Assembly: GCA_034670305.1 (NCBI GenBank)
Contig: JAXMNT010000004.1
Coordinates: forward strand, 1-64,000
Reading direction: 5' to 3'
DNA length: 64,000 bases
Origin: Deltaproteobacteria bacterium
GTDB taxonomy: Bacteria > Myxococcota_A > Polyangia > Polyangiales > Houyiibacteriaceae
Shown here: one piece after another, positions 20,056-30,226 of the stretch
Layout: the number at the start of each line of letters is the position of its first letter
Position numbering within the stretch: the stretch's first letter is position 1
The notes under the pieces: generated by a model
Database searches by the model: none
Told to the model about the DNA's origin: nothing
The model's input: the letters and a program-made list of their open reading frames with translations, nothing else
Program-made: the position numbers and the translations under genes

Positions 20056-20616
20056 TCAGAGGGCGGCGCGATCCATACGGGCACGCATCGTCAGCTGACG
20101 TTCCAAGGTCTCGAGTTGGCGAATCAGCTCCGCACCCGCTTCCCGCGCGTCTTCGAGCCCATCGGATTCCACCTCCGACGATGCCCGCCGTACCGCTCCA
20201 TCCAGCGCGTCCAAGACGCGGTCCAGCTGTCGTGAGAGGGCTTCGATGTCACCCCTCACGAAGAGGAACTCCTTCTGAATCTCCTCGATCGTGAGACCGA
20301 GTCCCATCAACCGACGTAGGTGCGCGATTTGCCGAACCGTGGTCGGTGGATAGAGCCCCCGGGATCCTCGGTGGCCGCTCGCCCGGCGCACTCGACGACT
20401 CCTCGGAAGCAGTCCGAGCTGTACGTACTTGCGGAAAGTGGCCTCTGTGAGCCGCTCCCCCTTCTCCTCAAACGCCTCGACGATCTCCTGAAGGCTCACC
20501 CCATCCGGGTGAGCTTTCTCGATCTCATCCAACTCCATCTCGCTCCATTGGGCGCCCTGGGTCCCCCCACTGCGCCGGCTCGCCGCCTTCGTGCGAGATC
20601 GTCTCGGCTTCTTCAT
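20056..20616 (-). CDS. MerR-like HTH transcriptional regulator
   Basis: LTEATFRKYVQLGLLPRSRRV...GLYP...IAHLRRLMGLGLTIEEI, C-terminal coiled coil. Confidence 0.8.
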   Translation of the reverse strand: MKKPRRSRTKAASRRSGGTQGAQWSEMELDEIEKAHPDGVSLQEIVEAFEEKGERLTEATFRKYVQLGLLPRSRRVRRASGHRGSRGLYPPTTVRQIAHLRRLMGLGLTIEEIQKEFLFVRGDIEALSRQLDRVLDALDGAVRRASSEVESDGLEDAREAGAELIRQLETLERQLTMRARMDRAAL

Positions 20617-20633
20617 TTCAAACGATCTGCCGG

Positions 20634-20663
20634 ACCCTATTCCATTCAAACGAATTGGGTCAA
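20634..20663 (-). promoter_or_regulatory. Putative promoter of the MerR-like gene with a dyad in the spacer
   Basis: TTGACC-N18-TAGGGT on minus strand; imperfect dyad CCATTC-AAAC-GAATTGG; AT-rich intergenic region. Confidence 0.4.
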
Positions 20664-20825
20664 CAAAAAGATGTACCATTGGTTCACAGCGCAAAAGCCC
20701 TCGTAATCACTAGCTTTTATTGGCGACTTCGTGGGCCCTCGAAACGAAAAAGATCAAAAAATCGACCTACTAGACGATCGTTCAGGTATCATGAAGATCG
20801 CGTTGCGCCCGAAAATCGGGAGGCT

Positions 20826-21095
20826 ATGACGGTGGAGATGCGATCGCTTTGCCTGGCTTTCCTGCTCTCCGCCTGGGGCTGCGGCGGCGACAAACAGACG
20901 GGGGACGTCTGCGCGGGCGACAGCGAGTGCGCGGCGGGCCTGTGCGTCGCTGGCGTCGTTTCCGGAGACGACCCGGTCTGCACCCCGAGCTGCGGTTCCA
21001 ACGAGGACTGCCCAGAAGGCTGGACCTGCAGCGTCGCCACCCAAAACGGCGTCGTCGTCTGCCGCCACGGCGACTCCACCCCCTTCGGGCACTGA
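20826..21095 (+). CDS. Small Cys-rich lipoprotein
   Basis: GGAGG RBS, lipobox AWGC, C..DSEC..GLC and CT..CGSNEDCP.GW.C motifs. Confidence 0.75.
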   Translation: MTVEMRSLCLAFLLSAWGCGGDKQTGDVCAGDSECAAGLCVAGVVSGDDPVCTPSCGSNEDCPEGWTCSVATQNGVVVCRHGDSTPFGH

Positions 21096-21110
21096 TCTAT
21101 TGGCGCTACG

Positions 21111-21374
21111 GGCCTGGCCCGCTTCGCGGGACTGGCGGCCCTAATTCGGCGTCCAGAGCACATCGACGTGCTCGCCGCCCACTCCTTGGGGTGCACTGAA
21201 GAAACGTCTGCGGCACTTGGCGGCTGCGCGCGGTCGATGCACTCCCGCCGCCTCTACGACTCACTTGGGGAGTGCACCAGTTGCTCGGCCTACGGCCTGC
21301 GCAGGTGCACGGGTGGAGCCGCCTGACTCGCTGGCGCCGTTCGAGGCCTGGCCCGCTTCGCGGGACTGGCGGCC
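21111..21374. repeat. Intergenic element bounded by identical 30-bp direct repeats, with internal hairpins (REP/MITE-like)
   Basis: GGCCTGGCCCGCTTCGCGGGACTGGCGGCC at 21111-21140 and 21345-21374. Confidence 0.8.
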
Positions 21375-21432
21375 TTCGTTCGCCTGACATCGGCGTTGAC
21401 GGGGGACCGTCCGCAATGCGCTACTCCGCGCG

Positions 21433-22287
21433 GTGGATCCGAGAGCTTGGCGAAGATTCCGGAAGAACAAGGGCGCGCTGGTTGGCGCGGTGTTCGTGGT
21501 GTTCGCCACTTTGGTCGCCGGCATCGGGCCCTTCGTCACCCCGCACGACCCGAACCAGCAGTTCCGCGACACGCTGATCAAGGACGATGGGGAGCTGGCC
21601 GGCGCGTTCGAACTGGAGGGCCACTACCTCGGCTCGGACGCCACGGCCCGTGACGAACTCTCGCGCCTGCTGAGCGGCGGTGGGGTCAGCATCGTGGTCG
21701 CCTACGTCGCGACCGCGCTCGCCATCTTCATCGGGGTGCTCGCCGGCGTGACGAGCGGCTACTTCGGCGGCGCGGTCGACTTCGCTTGGATGCGCACGGT
21801 CGACCTGCTGCTCTCGCTCCCCTTCTTGCTCCTCGCCATCGCGATCCAGCGGGTCATCGAAGAGCCCGGCTTATGGGTCCTGATCTTACTGCTCGCCCTG
21901 CTCTCCTGGACCACGCTGGCCCGCGTGACCCGCGCCAAGGTCATGCAGGTCCGCGAGCTCGAGTACGTGCAAGCCGCCAAAGCGCTCGGCATGGGCCACC
22001 TGCGCATCCTGTGGCGGCATGTCCTGCCAAACGTCCTCGGCCCCATCATCGTGCTCGGCACGACGTTGGTCGCACGGATGATCATCTTTGAGTCCGCGCT
22101 CTCGTTCCTCGGGCTCGGGGTTCAGCCGCCGGACGCGAGCTGGGGCTCGATGCTGCACGACGGCAGCGAGCTGATGATCACCTACCCGCGGCTCATGCTC
22201 TATCCGGCGGTGATGATCGTCATCACCGTGTTCGGCTTCAACCTACTCGGAGAGGGGCTCAGAGATGCCTTCGACCCCAAAGAGTAG
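21433..22287 (+). CDS. Peptide ABC transporter permease (OppC/DppC-type)
   Basis: WRRFRKNKGA, LGSD..ARD.LSRL, EYVQAAKALG, HVLPN, FNLLGEGLRDAFDPK. Confidence 0.93.
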   Translation: MDPRAWRRFRKNKGALVGAVFVVFATLVAGIGPFVTPHDPNQQFRDTLIKDDGELAGAFELEGHYLGSDATARDELSRLLSGGGVSIVVAYVATALAIFIGVLAGVTSGYFGGAVDFAWMRTVDLLLSLPFLLLAIAIQRVIEEPGLWVLILLLALLSWTTLARVTRAKVMQVRELEYVQAAKALGMGHLRILWRHVLPNVLGPIIVLGTTLVARMIIFESALSFLGLGVQPPDASWGSMLHDGSELMITYPRLMLYPAVMIVITVFGFNLLGEGLRDAFDPKE

Positions 22288-24100
22288 CGCCGAGAGCACG
22301 CCCGGTTCCGGCCGGCGGCCTCTCAAGGGCAAACCGACCCGCAGCCAGGGCGGCGTGGGCTGTTCGGTGATCGCGCTCGGCATCGCCGGGGTGCTCGCGA
22401 CGATGATGTTCTGGTTCCCCGAGCAGCCGGACCACCCGAGGTTCCTCGGTGCCGGCGAGGAGACCCGCCAGAACGGCGGCACGTTCGTCTTCCACCACGA
22501 AGACAACGTGCGAAGCCTCGATCCGCACATCGCCTACGACGAGCTCTCCGGCATGGCCATCCGTCTCGTCTTCGACGGGCTGCTCGACTACGACGACCAC
22601 GCAGACCTCGTGCCCAGCCTCGCCGCGGAGATGCCAACGGTCAGCGAGGACGGACGCACCTTCCGCATGCGGCTGCGCCGCGGCGTCCGCTTTCATCCGA
22701 TGCCCGGTGTGCCCGAGGGCCGCGAGATGACCACCGCGGACGTGACCTGGTCGTTGCACCGCATGCTGAGCGGTGAGACCGGCTCACCGGGTGCCTCGTT
22801 CTACTACGCGCTCGAAGGCGCCGAGGACTACCACGACGGAGAAGCGGCCGAGATCTCGGGCATCCGGGTGATCGATTCGCACACGATCGAGTTTCATCTG
22901 CGCGAAGCCGACCAGACCTTCCTGAATGCGCTCGCCCTGCCCTTCTCGTACCCCGTGCCGCGTGAGAACTACGAGTACTGGGGCGAAGAAGTGAAGTTCC
23001 ACCCGGTCGGCACCGGACCGTATGTGTTCGAAGCCTGGGAACGCGATGTCCAGCTCAGCTTCGTCCGCTTCGAGCGGCACTTCCGGCAGCAGCCCGGCGC
23101 CGACCGGATGCTCTACGTCGAGAACCTCAACCGCACCCTCGCCGCGCAGCGGTTCCAGAACGGCGACCTCGACGCCATCCACCGTCAGTCGCCTTCCGAC
23201 TACCGCTTCTTCGTCGGCGCCGAGGGCTGGGCGCCGTACCGCAACGAGTACCCCCGCGTCTCCACCTACGGCATCGGGCTCAACTGCGAGATGCCGCCGC
23301 TCGACAACCGCCACCTTCGACGCGCCATCGGGTTCGCCATCGACCGCGACGGCTGGTCCCGCGCTCGGGCGGGCCGCTTGCTCCCGGCCGGCCAGCTCTT
23401 GCCCCCGAGCATCGCGGGATACGACCCGGAACTACCGGAGCTCCAGACCTTCGACCTCGACCGCGCGCGCGAAGAGATGCGGCTCGCCGGGTACGAGCGC
23501 GGGTTGCCCGATCCGATCACGGTCTGGATCACCGGGTCCGACGAAGTCTCGCGCATGTACGGCGAACTCTTGCAGGCGGACCTCGAGAAGATCGACATCG
23601 CGGTGGAGCTGCGCTTCACCTCGTTCGCGGTCTACCTCACCGAGTCCGGCAAACCGAACACGGTGCCGGCGTTCTTCACCGGCTGGAACCAAGACTTCCC
23701 GGACCCCGCGAACTTCCTCGACATCCTGATGCACTCCCGCTCCATCCAGCCGCAGAACTCGCAGAACCGCGCGTTCTACCGGAACGCGGAGTTGGACGCG
23801 CTGCTCGATCGGGCGCGCGGAGAAGCGGACCGCGCTGCGCGGGTCGAGATGTACCGCCAAGCGAACAACATGGTCGCCGCCGACGCGCCCTGGGCGTTCA
23901 CCTACTACCCGATGAGCATGGAGCTCTGGCAGCCGTACGTACGCGGCTACCGGCCGCACCCGGTCTGGAGCGAGGACTACCGCAACGTCTGGCTCGACCT
24001 GCCCCGCCGCCGCTTCGCGCAGCAGATGGGTGGCCTCGGGGCCGCCGTGCCCGCGCAGCTCTTCCCGATGCCGCGCTTCGCCACCGGAGGGCGTCGCTGA
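22265..24100 (+). CDS. Peptide ABC transporter substrate-binding protein (family 5)
   Basis: SLDPH, VFDGLLDYD, PSLA, PVGTGPY, W..DFPDP.NFL. Confidence 0.92.
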   Translation: MPSTPKSSAESTPGSGRRPLKGKPTRSQGGVGCSVIALGIAGVLATMMFWFPEQPDHPRFLGAGEETRQNGGTFVFHHEDNVRSLDPHIAYDELSGMAIRLVFDGLLDYDDHADLVPSLAAEMPTVSEDGRTFRMRLRRGVRFHPMPGVPEGREMTTADVTWSLHRMLSGETGSPGASFYYALEGAEDYHDGEAAEISGIRVIDSHTIEFHLREADQTFLNALALPFSYPVPRENYEYWGEEVKFHPVGTGPYVFEAWERDVQLSFVRFERHFRQQPGADRMLYVENLNRTLAAQRFQNGDLDAIHRQSPSDYRFFVGAEGWAPYRNEYPRVSTYGIGLNCEMPPLDNRHLRRAIGFAIDRDGWSRARAGRLLPAGQLLPPSIAGYDPELPELQTFDLDRAREEMRLAGYERGLPDPITVWITGSDEVSRMYGELLQADLEKIDIAVELRFTSFAVYLTESGKPNTVPAFFTGWNQDFPDPANFLDILMHSRSIQPQNSQNRAFYRNAELDALLDRARGEADRAARVEMYRQANNMVAADAPWAFTYYPMSMELWQPYVRGYRPHPVWSEDYRNVWLDLPRRRFAQQMGGLGAAVPAQLFPMPRFATGGRR

Positions 24101-25383
24101 TGCTCGCGTTCATCCTCCGCCGCCTGCTCGCGGGCACCGTCGTCGTCCTCATCGTCGTGATGCTGGTCTTCCTCCTGCTCAACGCGGTCGGAGACCCGGC
24201 GGCCGCCACGCTGGGTCCGCAGGCAGGCCCCGAGCAGATCGCCGACTTCAAACGCAAACACGGGCTCGACCAGCCGCTCCCTGCGCAGCTCGGAAGCTAC
24301 CTCGGCGTCGCGCGCTGCGTACGCGGCCGTCGTTCGGCGGCGGTCGAAGACGACGTGAACGTCGCGCTCGAAGCGGCCGGACGCACCGTCGTTCGGCCCC
24401 ACCGGAACCCCGACGTCGAGGTGCCCGCGGGCGCGCTCGAACTGGTCGGGACGATCGAGCCAGCTGGAGAGCGGCGCTGGACACTGACCATGTCCGCCAT
24501 CAACGAAGAGCTCGCGAACACTGGCGAGACCAGCGGGGTCATCACCAGCGGGCTCATCCGCGACCTCGGTCGACAGGGCGGCGAGACGCTGGCCGGCAAC
24601 TTGCGGGAAGGTCCCATCGTACTGCGCCGCATCGAACGTTCGGATCGGTGCGGCCTCTTCCAAGCCGATCTCGGCGAGTCGTTCGCCCACAACGAGTCCG
24701 TGACGGCGGTCATCGCCAACCGGCTTCCCCGCACGCTGTTGCTCGGCGGCATGGCGCTCTTCATCCAGTTGATCTTCGGGCTCGGCATCGGCATCGTCGC
24801 CGCGCTCAAGCGCAACACCTACACGGACGCAGGCCTCATGTCCGCGAGCTACCTCGGCATCAGCCTGCCGACGTTTGTCTCCGGTCCTCTGCTGCTCGCG
24901 GTGTTCGGGTTCTACTATGGGTGGTTCCCGCTCGGCGGCTACGGCGTCGGCGCCTGGGATCATGTCTGGCACGCCACCCTGCCCGCCTTCACGCTCGCGG
25001 TCGCCGGCGCCGCCACCTACGCGCGCATCATGCGCAGCGAACTGGTCGACACCTTGCGCAGCGACTACGTGCGCACGGCGACCGCGAAGGGGCTCGGACG
25101 CGTGGCGGTCCTTCGGCACGCGGTGCGCAACGCGCTCTTGCCCATCGTCACCATGCTCGGCCTGAGCATGACGTTGCTCGTCGCAGGCGCGATCATCACG
25201 GAGAAGATCTTCGGCTGGCCCGGCATGGGCAACCTCGCCATCCAGGCCATCCTGAACCTCGACGCCCCGACGGTGATGGGCGTCGTGCTGGTGTTCGCGG
25301 TGACGGTGCAGATCGGCAACCTGCTCGCGGACGTGGCGGTCGCGTTGCTCGACCCGCGTGTGCGCGTCGAGAAGACCGGCTGA
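24100..25383 (+). CDS. Peptide ABC transporter permease (OppB/DppB-type) with large periplasmic insertion
   Basis: FILRRLL, GDPA, GLDQPL, DLGESF, DYVRTATAKGL, EKIFGWPGMG, LDPRVR. Confidence 0.92.
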   Translation: MLAFILRRLLAGTVVVLIVVMLVFLLLNAVGDPAAATLGPQAGPEQIADFKRKHGLDQPLPAQLGSYLGVARCVRGRRSAAVEDDVNVALEAAGRTVVRPHRNPDVEVPAGALELVGTIEPAGERRWTLTMSAINEELANTGETSGVITSGLIRDLGRQGGETLAGNLREGPIVLRRIERSDRCGLFQADLGESFAHNESVTAVIANRLPRTLLLGGMALFIQLIFGLGIGIVAALKRNTYTDAGLMSASYLGISLPTFVSGPLLLAVFGFYYGWFPLGGYGVGAWDHVWHATLPAFTLAVAGAATYARIMRSELVDTLRSDYVRTATAKGLGRVAVLRHAVRNALLPIVTMLGLSMTLLVAGAIITEKIFGWPGMGNLAIQAILNLDAPTVMGVVLVFAVTVQIGNLLADVAVALLDPRVRVEKTG

Positions 25384-25423
25384 GCCGCCGAAGCCAGCCT
25401 CACCGGCGCAACTCGAGTGGTCT

Positions 25424-26332
25424 CTACCGACCCTTCTTCGCGGGCCGCACCTTGAAGATCACCCGGCCGTCTTCGTCCAGCTGCGGCGGGGAGACGTCGA
25501 AGATGTCGAGGTTGATCTGCTTGCGCTTCTTGGTCGGCAGCAGAATGCGGGCGGCGCCTTCTTCATCGATGCGCTCGATCAGGCAGATGCCGAACTGGCG
25601 GTGGTCGATGTAGTCGCCTTCGCCTGGGAAGGGCTCGTCGAGGTCGATCTCTTTGGGGACCTGGCGCGGTTTGCTGCCGGGCAAAGGCTGCTTCGCGAAG
25701 AGCGGCACCTTGGAGGTGCCGAGGTCCTTCTTTCGTTTGCGGGCCAGGCGCTTCTTGCGCGCTTCGATGTCGCCGAAGGGTGCGGTGCGGGGCAAGAGCG
25801 GCGCGGCTTCGCTCTTCTTCTGCGCTTCGGCGACCTCCGCCCAGACCTTCCGGGCGGAGTCGTCTTTCGTGGTCTTGGCGGAGGCGACCGCGACGTCGCC
25901 CCAGCCGAGCTCCTCTTCGCCCCCGTCCTCGTCGGATGTGGGGGAGTCGTCGGACGCGTCGTCCTCGTACGCGACGTCGTCTTCGTCCTCGTCCCACACC
26001 GACTCGGTCGCGGCGAGGCCGGGTACGTAGGCTTGCAGGACGCCGCCACTCGCGCGGGCGTGAGACAAGGCGCCGACGACGAGGTCACCGTCCACCAAGA
26101 GCACGACCTCGCAGTCGACTCCTTCCGGCGCGACCTCTGCGGTCACGCGAATGGCGTGGGCTTCGTCGAAGGTACGGCCGTCTTCGAGCGACACATGGGT
26201 GAGAGAGAGGCTGCCTGCGACGTGGGCGCCGGGTGGCAGGCCCGCGAGCGCATCGGGCAGGGTCTCCCCGGGATCGAGGGTCACGAGCACGAGGGAGGCG
26301 TCGCGGAGGAGCACCCGAGGTGGGTAGCGCAC
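25424..26332 (-). CDS. Hypothetical protein (PPC/DUF296-like N-terminus, acidic linker, C-terminal beta domain)
   Basis: VTLDPGETLPDAL...GSL start; acidic centre; GDYIDHRQFGIC C-terminus. Confidence 0.6.
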   Translation of the reverse strand: MRYPPRVLLRDASLVLVTLDPGETLPDALAGLPPGAHVAGSLSLTHVSLEDGRTFDEAHAIRVTAEVAPEGVDCEVVLLVDGDLVVGALSHARASGGVLQAYVPGLAATESVWDEDEDDVAYEDDASDDSPTSDEDGGEEELGWGDVAVASAKTTKDDSARKVWAEVAEAQKKSEAAPLLPRTAPFGDIEARKKRLARKRKKDLGTSKVPLFAKQPLPGSKPRQVPKEIDLDEPFPGEGDYIDHRQFGICLIERIDEEGAARILLPTKKRKQINLDIFDVSPPQLDEDGRVIFKVRPAKKGR

Positions 26333-26407
26333 GCTTCCATCCCCCGCCAGGGCGGAACAAACGGTTTGGGTTGGTGAACCGAGACCGACGCGTTACATAG
26401 CCCGCCC

Positions 26408-27703
26408 ATGACATCTCACGTCTACATCGAGGATCTTGGCCAACACGTCGGCGCAGTGGTGGAGCTGCGGGGCTGGCTCTACAACCGGCGCGGCAGCAAG
26501 AAGCTGCAGTTCCTGGAGCTGCGCGACGGTTCCGGCATCGTCCAGGGTGTGGTCGCCAAAGCGGCCGACGAAGCGCTCTTCGAAATCGCGTCGGGCCTCG
26601 CGCAGGAGACCTCGCTTCGGGTGCACGGCGAAGTGAAAGCCCATCCGAAACGAGACGGCGAGTACGAACTCTCGGTGAAGCAGATCGAAGTCGTCGGGGT
26701 GCCCCGGGGCGAATACCCGATCACGCCGAAAGAGCACGGCACCGACTTCCTCATGGACCACCGGCACCTCTGGCTCCGCAGCAAGCGCCAGCACGCCGCG
26801 CTCCGGGTCCGCGCCGAACTGGTCGCCGCCATTCGAGACTACTTCGACAGCCGCGGCTTCACGCTCGTCGACGCGCCGATCTTCACGCCCAGCGCATGCG
26901 AAGGCACCTCCGATCTCTTCGAGACCGACTACCACGGCACCCCGGCCTACCTCTCGCAGAGCGGCCAGCTCTACATGGAAGCGGCCGCGGCCGCGCACGG
27001 CCGCGCCTACTGTTTCGGTCCGACGTTTCGGGCGGAGAAGAGCAAGACCCGCCGCCACCTCGCCGAGTTCTGGATGGTCGAACCCGAGGTCGCGTTCATG
27101 GATCTCGAAGGCGACATGAACCTGGCCGAGGACTTCCTCGTGAACATCATCGCGCGCGTGCTCGACCGCCGCGGCAAGGAGCTCGCGGTGCTGGAGCGCG
27201 ACACCAGCAAGCTCGAGGCGGTGCAGAAGCCCTTCCCGCGCATCCGCTACGAAGACGCGGTGCAGATCCTGCTCGACGCCGGCAAGGACGCGAAGATCGG
27301 CGACGACTTCGGCGGCGAAGACGAAACGATCATCGCCAACACCTACGACCGGCCCGTGATGGTCACGCACTACCCGGCCGCCATCAAAGCGTTCTACATG
27401 AAGCGCGACGAAGCGGATCCGACGCGTGCGCTCGGCATGGACGTGCTCGCACCGGAGGGGTACGGCGAGATCATCGGCGGCGGTCAACGCGAAGAAGACC
27501 TCGACGTGCTCGAACAGCGCATCCTCGAACACAAGCTGCCGCTCGAAGCCTTCACCTGGTACCGGGATCTCCGCCGCTATGGCTCGTTCCCGCACAGCGG
27601 GTTCGGCCTGGGCATCGAGCGCACCGTCGCGTGGCTTTGCGGGCTGAAACACGTGCGGGAGACCATCCCCTTCCCCCGCATGCTCAACCGCCTCCACCCG
27701 TGA
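26408..27703 (+). CDS. asnS: Asparagine--tRNA ligase
   Basis: [66 protein letters not shown]. Confidence 0.96.
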   Translation: MTSHVYIEDLGQHVGAVVELRGWLYNRRGSKKLQFLELRDGSGIVQGVVAKAADEALFEIASGLAQETSLRVHGEVKAHPKRDGEYELSVKQIEVVGVPRGEYPITPKEHGTDFLMDHRHLWLRSKRQHAALRVRAELVAAIRDYFDSRGFTLVDAPIFTPSACEGTSDLFETDYHGTPAYLSQSGQLYMEAAAAAHGRAYCFGPTFRAEKSKTRRHLAEFWMVEPEVAFMDLEGDMNLAEDFLVNIIARVLDRRGKELAVLERDTSKLEAVQKPFPRIRYEDAVQILLDAGKDAKIGDDFGGEDETIIANTYDRPVMVTHYPAAIKAFYMKRDEADPTRALGMDVLAPEGYGEIIGGGQREEDLDVLEQRILEHKLPLEAFTWYRDLRRYGSFPHSGFGLGIERTVAWLCGLKHVRETIPFPRMLNRLHP

Positions 27704-27770
27704 ACAGGGCCGCTCGACGCTGCGAAGTGACGCTTCGCAGTTTCGGCCGGGACTGCTAAGACGCGAGCGC

Positions 27771-28457
27771 GTGGGCACCAAGACCAAAGCGGCCGGCAAA
27801 CCTCGGAGGACGATTCGCGAAGACGCGATCAACCTGCCGAACATGCTGACGTTCCTGCGGATCTTGATGATCCCGCTGGTGCTCTACCTCATCGCCGACG
27901 GCACGCCGCGCTCGAACTTCTGGGCCGCCATCGTCTACATGCTGACGGCCGTCACCGACTTTTTGGATGGTTGGCTCGCACGCCGCATGGGCCTCATCAG
28001 CGTGCTCGGCAAGTTCCTCGACCCGCTCGCGGACAAGCTGCTCGTCATGGCGACGCTCGTGTGGCTCGCGTACCTGGGGCGGCTGCCGCTGCTCGGGGTG
28101 GTCGCGGTCATCGTGATGGTGGGACGCGAGCTCAGCATCACGGCACTGCGCACCATCGCCATGAGCGAAGGTGTGGTCATGGCCGCCGGTCAGGGTGGCA
28201 AGGACAAGACCGCGCTCCAGATGAGTTCGATCCTGCTGCTGATCCTCTACCACCCGTACGACGTGAACTTCTTCTTCTTCACGGTGCCGGTGGACCTCGC
28301 GCAGGTCGGCCTCTGGGTCCTCTACCTCAGCGTGTTCTTCGCGATCACGAGCGCCGGCGAGTACATCAAACTCTTCGTCGAAGCGGTGGAGGCGAAAGAG
28401 AAACGCCTGGCCGAAGAAGAGGCCGCCGCAAACGACGCTCCGAGCGACGACCCGTGA
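27771..28457 (+). CDS. pgsA: CDP-diacylglycerol--glycerol-3-phosphate 3-phosphatidyltransferase
   Basis: NLPNMLTFLR, TDFLDGWLAR...GKFLDPLADKLL, RE...T.LR, GK.KT..Q. Confidence 0.9.
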   Translation: MGTKTKAAGKPRRTIREDAINLPNMLTFLRILMIPLVLYLIADGTPRSNFWAAIVYMLTAVTDFLDGWLARRMGLISVLGKFLDPLADKLLVMATLVWLAYLGRLPLLGVVAVIVMVGRELSITALRTIAMSEGVVMAAGQGGKDKTALQMSSILLLILYHPYDVNFFFFTVPVDLAQVGLWVLYLSVFFAITSAGEYIKLFVEAVEAKEKRLAEEEAAANDAPSDDP

Positions 28458-28469
28458 GCCTGCCGCGCC

Positions 28470-29828
28470 TCAGCTGCTGAGGATGACCACGCCGTCGCCT
28501 CGAAACGCGAGCGGCGGTGCATGGGCAGAGTACGGCGCCGTGCCACGGCGGGCGTTCGGAAAGAGCCGGCCCGACCAGCCGATCAATCGATCCGGATCCA
28601 CCCGGAGCTCCTGACCCTCTTCGACCCGCACCGCCATCGGGTCGCTGGTCAAGGTCAACACGACGGTTCCTGCGCCTGAGAGTTGCGTGATGAGGACCGG
28701 ATCTCCGGCAAGGGGCAGACTGGCGCTCTCGAACGTGACCCGGTCGTCGAACCCGAACAGGGTGCTCTCCCGGACGTAGAGTGCGTCGTCTCCGAGCGCG
28801 AGCGCGACGAAGCGGCTCCCGTCCTCGGGCGCGATGAGCGCGCGAATGGGTCCGCGCCAATGCATCACCGGGTTGCGATGTCCGAGCAGCTCGTCGAGTT
28901 CGCGACCACGCGAACGCCGCTGGACGACCGTGGTGCGGAGCTCTCCGCGCACCGCCGCCAAGCCGAGCAACCGAACGAACACATCGTGCTTCGCGGTGAC
29001 GATGAGCTGACCGGCGGGGCCCACCGTCAGCGGCTCGTCCTCCGACGTCTCGAGGGCCCACTCGGTCAGTCGCGCCTTGAGCGAGAGCGGCGCAGGGGCC
29101 ATCTGCGGCGCGAGCGCCCCGCTGCGCGGCGGCACGACCTCTTCCCCCGGCGCGGTCTGCTGCCACACGCCCGACGATGTACCGCCCGCGTGTTTGGGGG
29201 CTTGCTTCTCGAGAGCGAGGTGCGGGTGTTCGCTCTCGAGTCGTTCCAGTGCCTCCTCGGCCGCACTGCGCATCGCAGCGCGGTCCTCCGCTTCGAAGTC
29301 GACCGCGTCGACCGGCGCTGGAAGCCCGCCGGCGCTCGTGCCGATCTCGTCCTCCATGCGCTTGGCCATCGAGGCTTGCCCGCCGCGGAGGAACGCTTCC
29401 CGCGCCGCCTCGAGGTTCCCGAGCCGCCAGTGCACGAGTCCCAGGTACCCCCACGCCCGTTCGTGATCGGGTTGGATCCGAAGCGCCTCGTGGATGTGCT
29501 CCAGCGCTTCGTCCGCTTGTCCTGTCTTGAACAGCGCCAGCGCCAAGTTCACCCGCAGGGTGACCTGGCGGGGGAACGACTCCACGAGCTTGGACCAGAT
29601 CTCGATTGCGCGCGGGTAGAAGCCGAGCCGGAAGTAGACCCCGGCGAGCAGATCCTGACTCTTCGCATCCTGCGGCTGCAGCGAGAGGGCCCGCTCGAGT
29701 TCCTCCTTCGCGTGCTCGACGTCGTCCTGAAGCAACATCGTGCTGCCGCGGTACAGGTGGTACAGGAAGTCCTCGCTGCCCTCCGCGGCGCGGCTGGCTC
29801 CAGGCTCCTCACCATCGGGGGGCTGCAT
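28470..29828 (-). CDS. TPR + AIM24-like domain protein
   Basis: N-terminal TPRs (FLYHLYRG...), C-terminal LYVRE..LFGF...LSGAGTVV...VDPDRLIGWSG...FRGDGVV. Confidence 0.75.
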   Translation of the reverse strand: MQPPDGEEPGASRAAEGSEDFLYHLYRGSTMLLQDDVEHAKEELERALSLQPQDAKSQDLLAGVYFRLGFYPRAIEIWSKLVESFPRQVTLRVNLALALFKTGQADEALEHIHEALRIQPDHERAWGYLGLVHWRLGNLEAAREAFLRGGQASMAKRMEDEIGTSAGGLPAPVDAVDFEAEDRAAMRSAAEEALERLESEHPHLALEKQAPKHAGGTSSGVWQQTAPGEEVVPPRSGALAPQMAPAPLSLKARLTEWALETSEDEPLTVGPAGQLIVTAKHDVFVRLLGLAAVRGELRTTVVQRRSRGRELDELLGHRNPVMHWRGPIRALIAPEDGSRFVALALGDDALYVRESTLFGFDDRVTFESASLPLAGDPVLITQLSGAGTVVLTLTSDPMAVRVEEGQELRVDPDRLIGWSGRLFPNARRGTAPYSAHAPPLAFRGDGVVILSS

Positions 29829-30058
29829 CTCCAAAGTTGATCTTCGCGGAATCGACGGCGGAGGGTGACACCCCTCCATACGGACCCGCGGTGGACCAGC
29901 GTAGAGACCCCACGGTCGCGGCGTCAACGTTTGCGCGCCGGATGCAAGCAGGGCTGTGATTTTCCTGTCTGCGCTGCAGGGCGGACCCTGACACGGAGCC
30001 GGGCCGAGAGTGTCCGCGCGGTGGATCCAGCCCGAGTGGCGTGCAAGGTTCCGCTCCG

Positions 30059-30226
30059 ATGCTCTGGCTGGCCCACTTCTCCGTTCAACAGATGCAGCGC
30101 GTCCGCCCGGAAGGCGCGCTGGCGCGGGGCGCATGGGACGTGCCGGAGTGGGTGGTCTGGTCGGTCGGTGCACTCGTGCTGGCGGCCGCCGTAGGTCTGC
30201 TGGTGCGGCGGGTCCGCAAGCGATGA
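30059..30226 (+). CDS. Small single-TM hypothetical protein
   Basis: TM WVVWSVGALVLAAAVGLLV followed by a basic tail; ATGA overlap with the next gene. Confidence 0.5.
   Translation: MLWLAHFSVQQMQRVRPEGALARGAWDVPEWVVWSVGALVLAAAVGLLVRRVRKR

Noticed and set aside
21111-21374. Mini-CRISPR from two 30-bp repeats
   Set aside because: Only two repeats with a 204-bp gap and no cas genes
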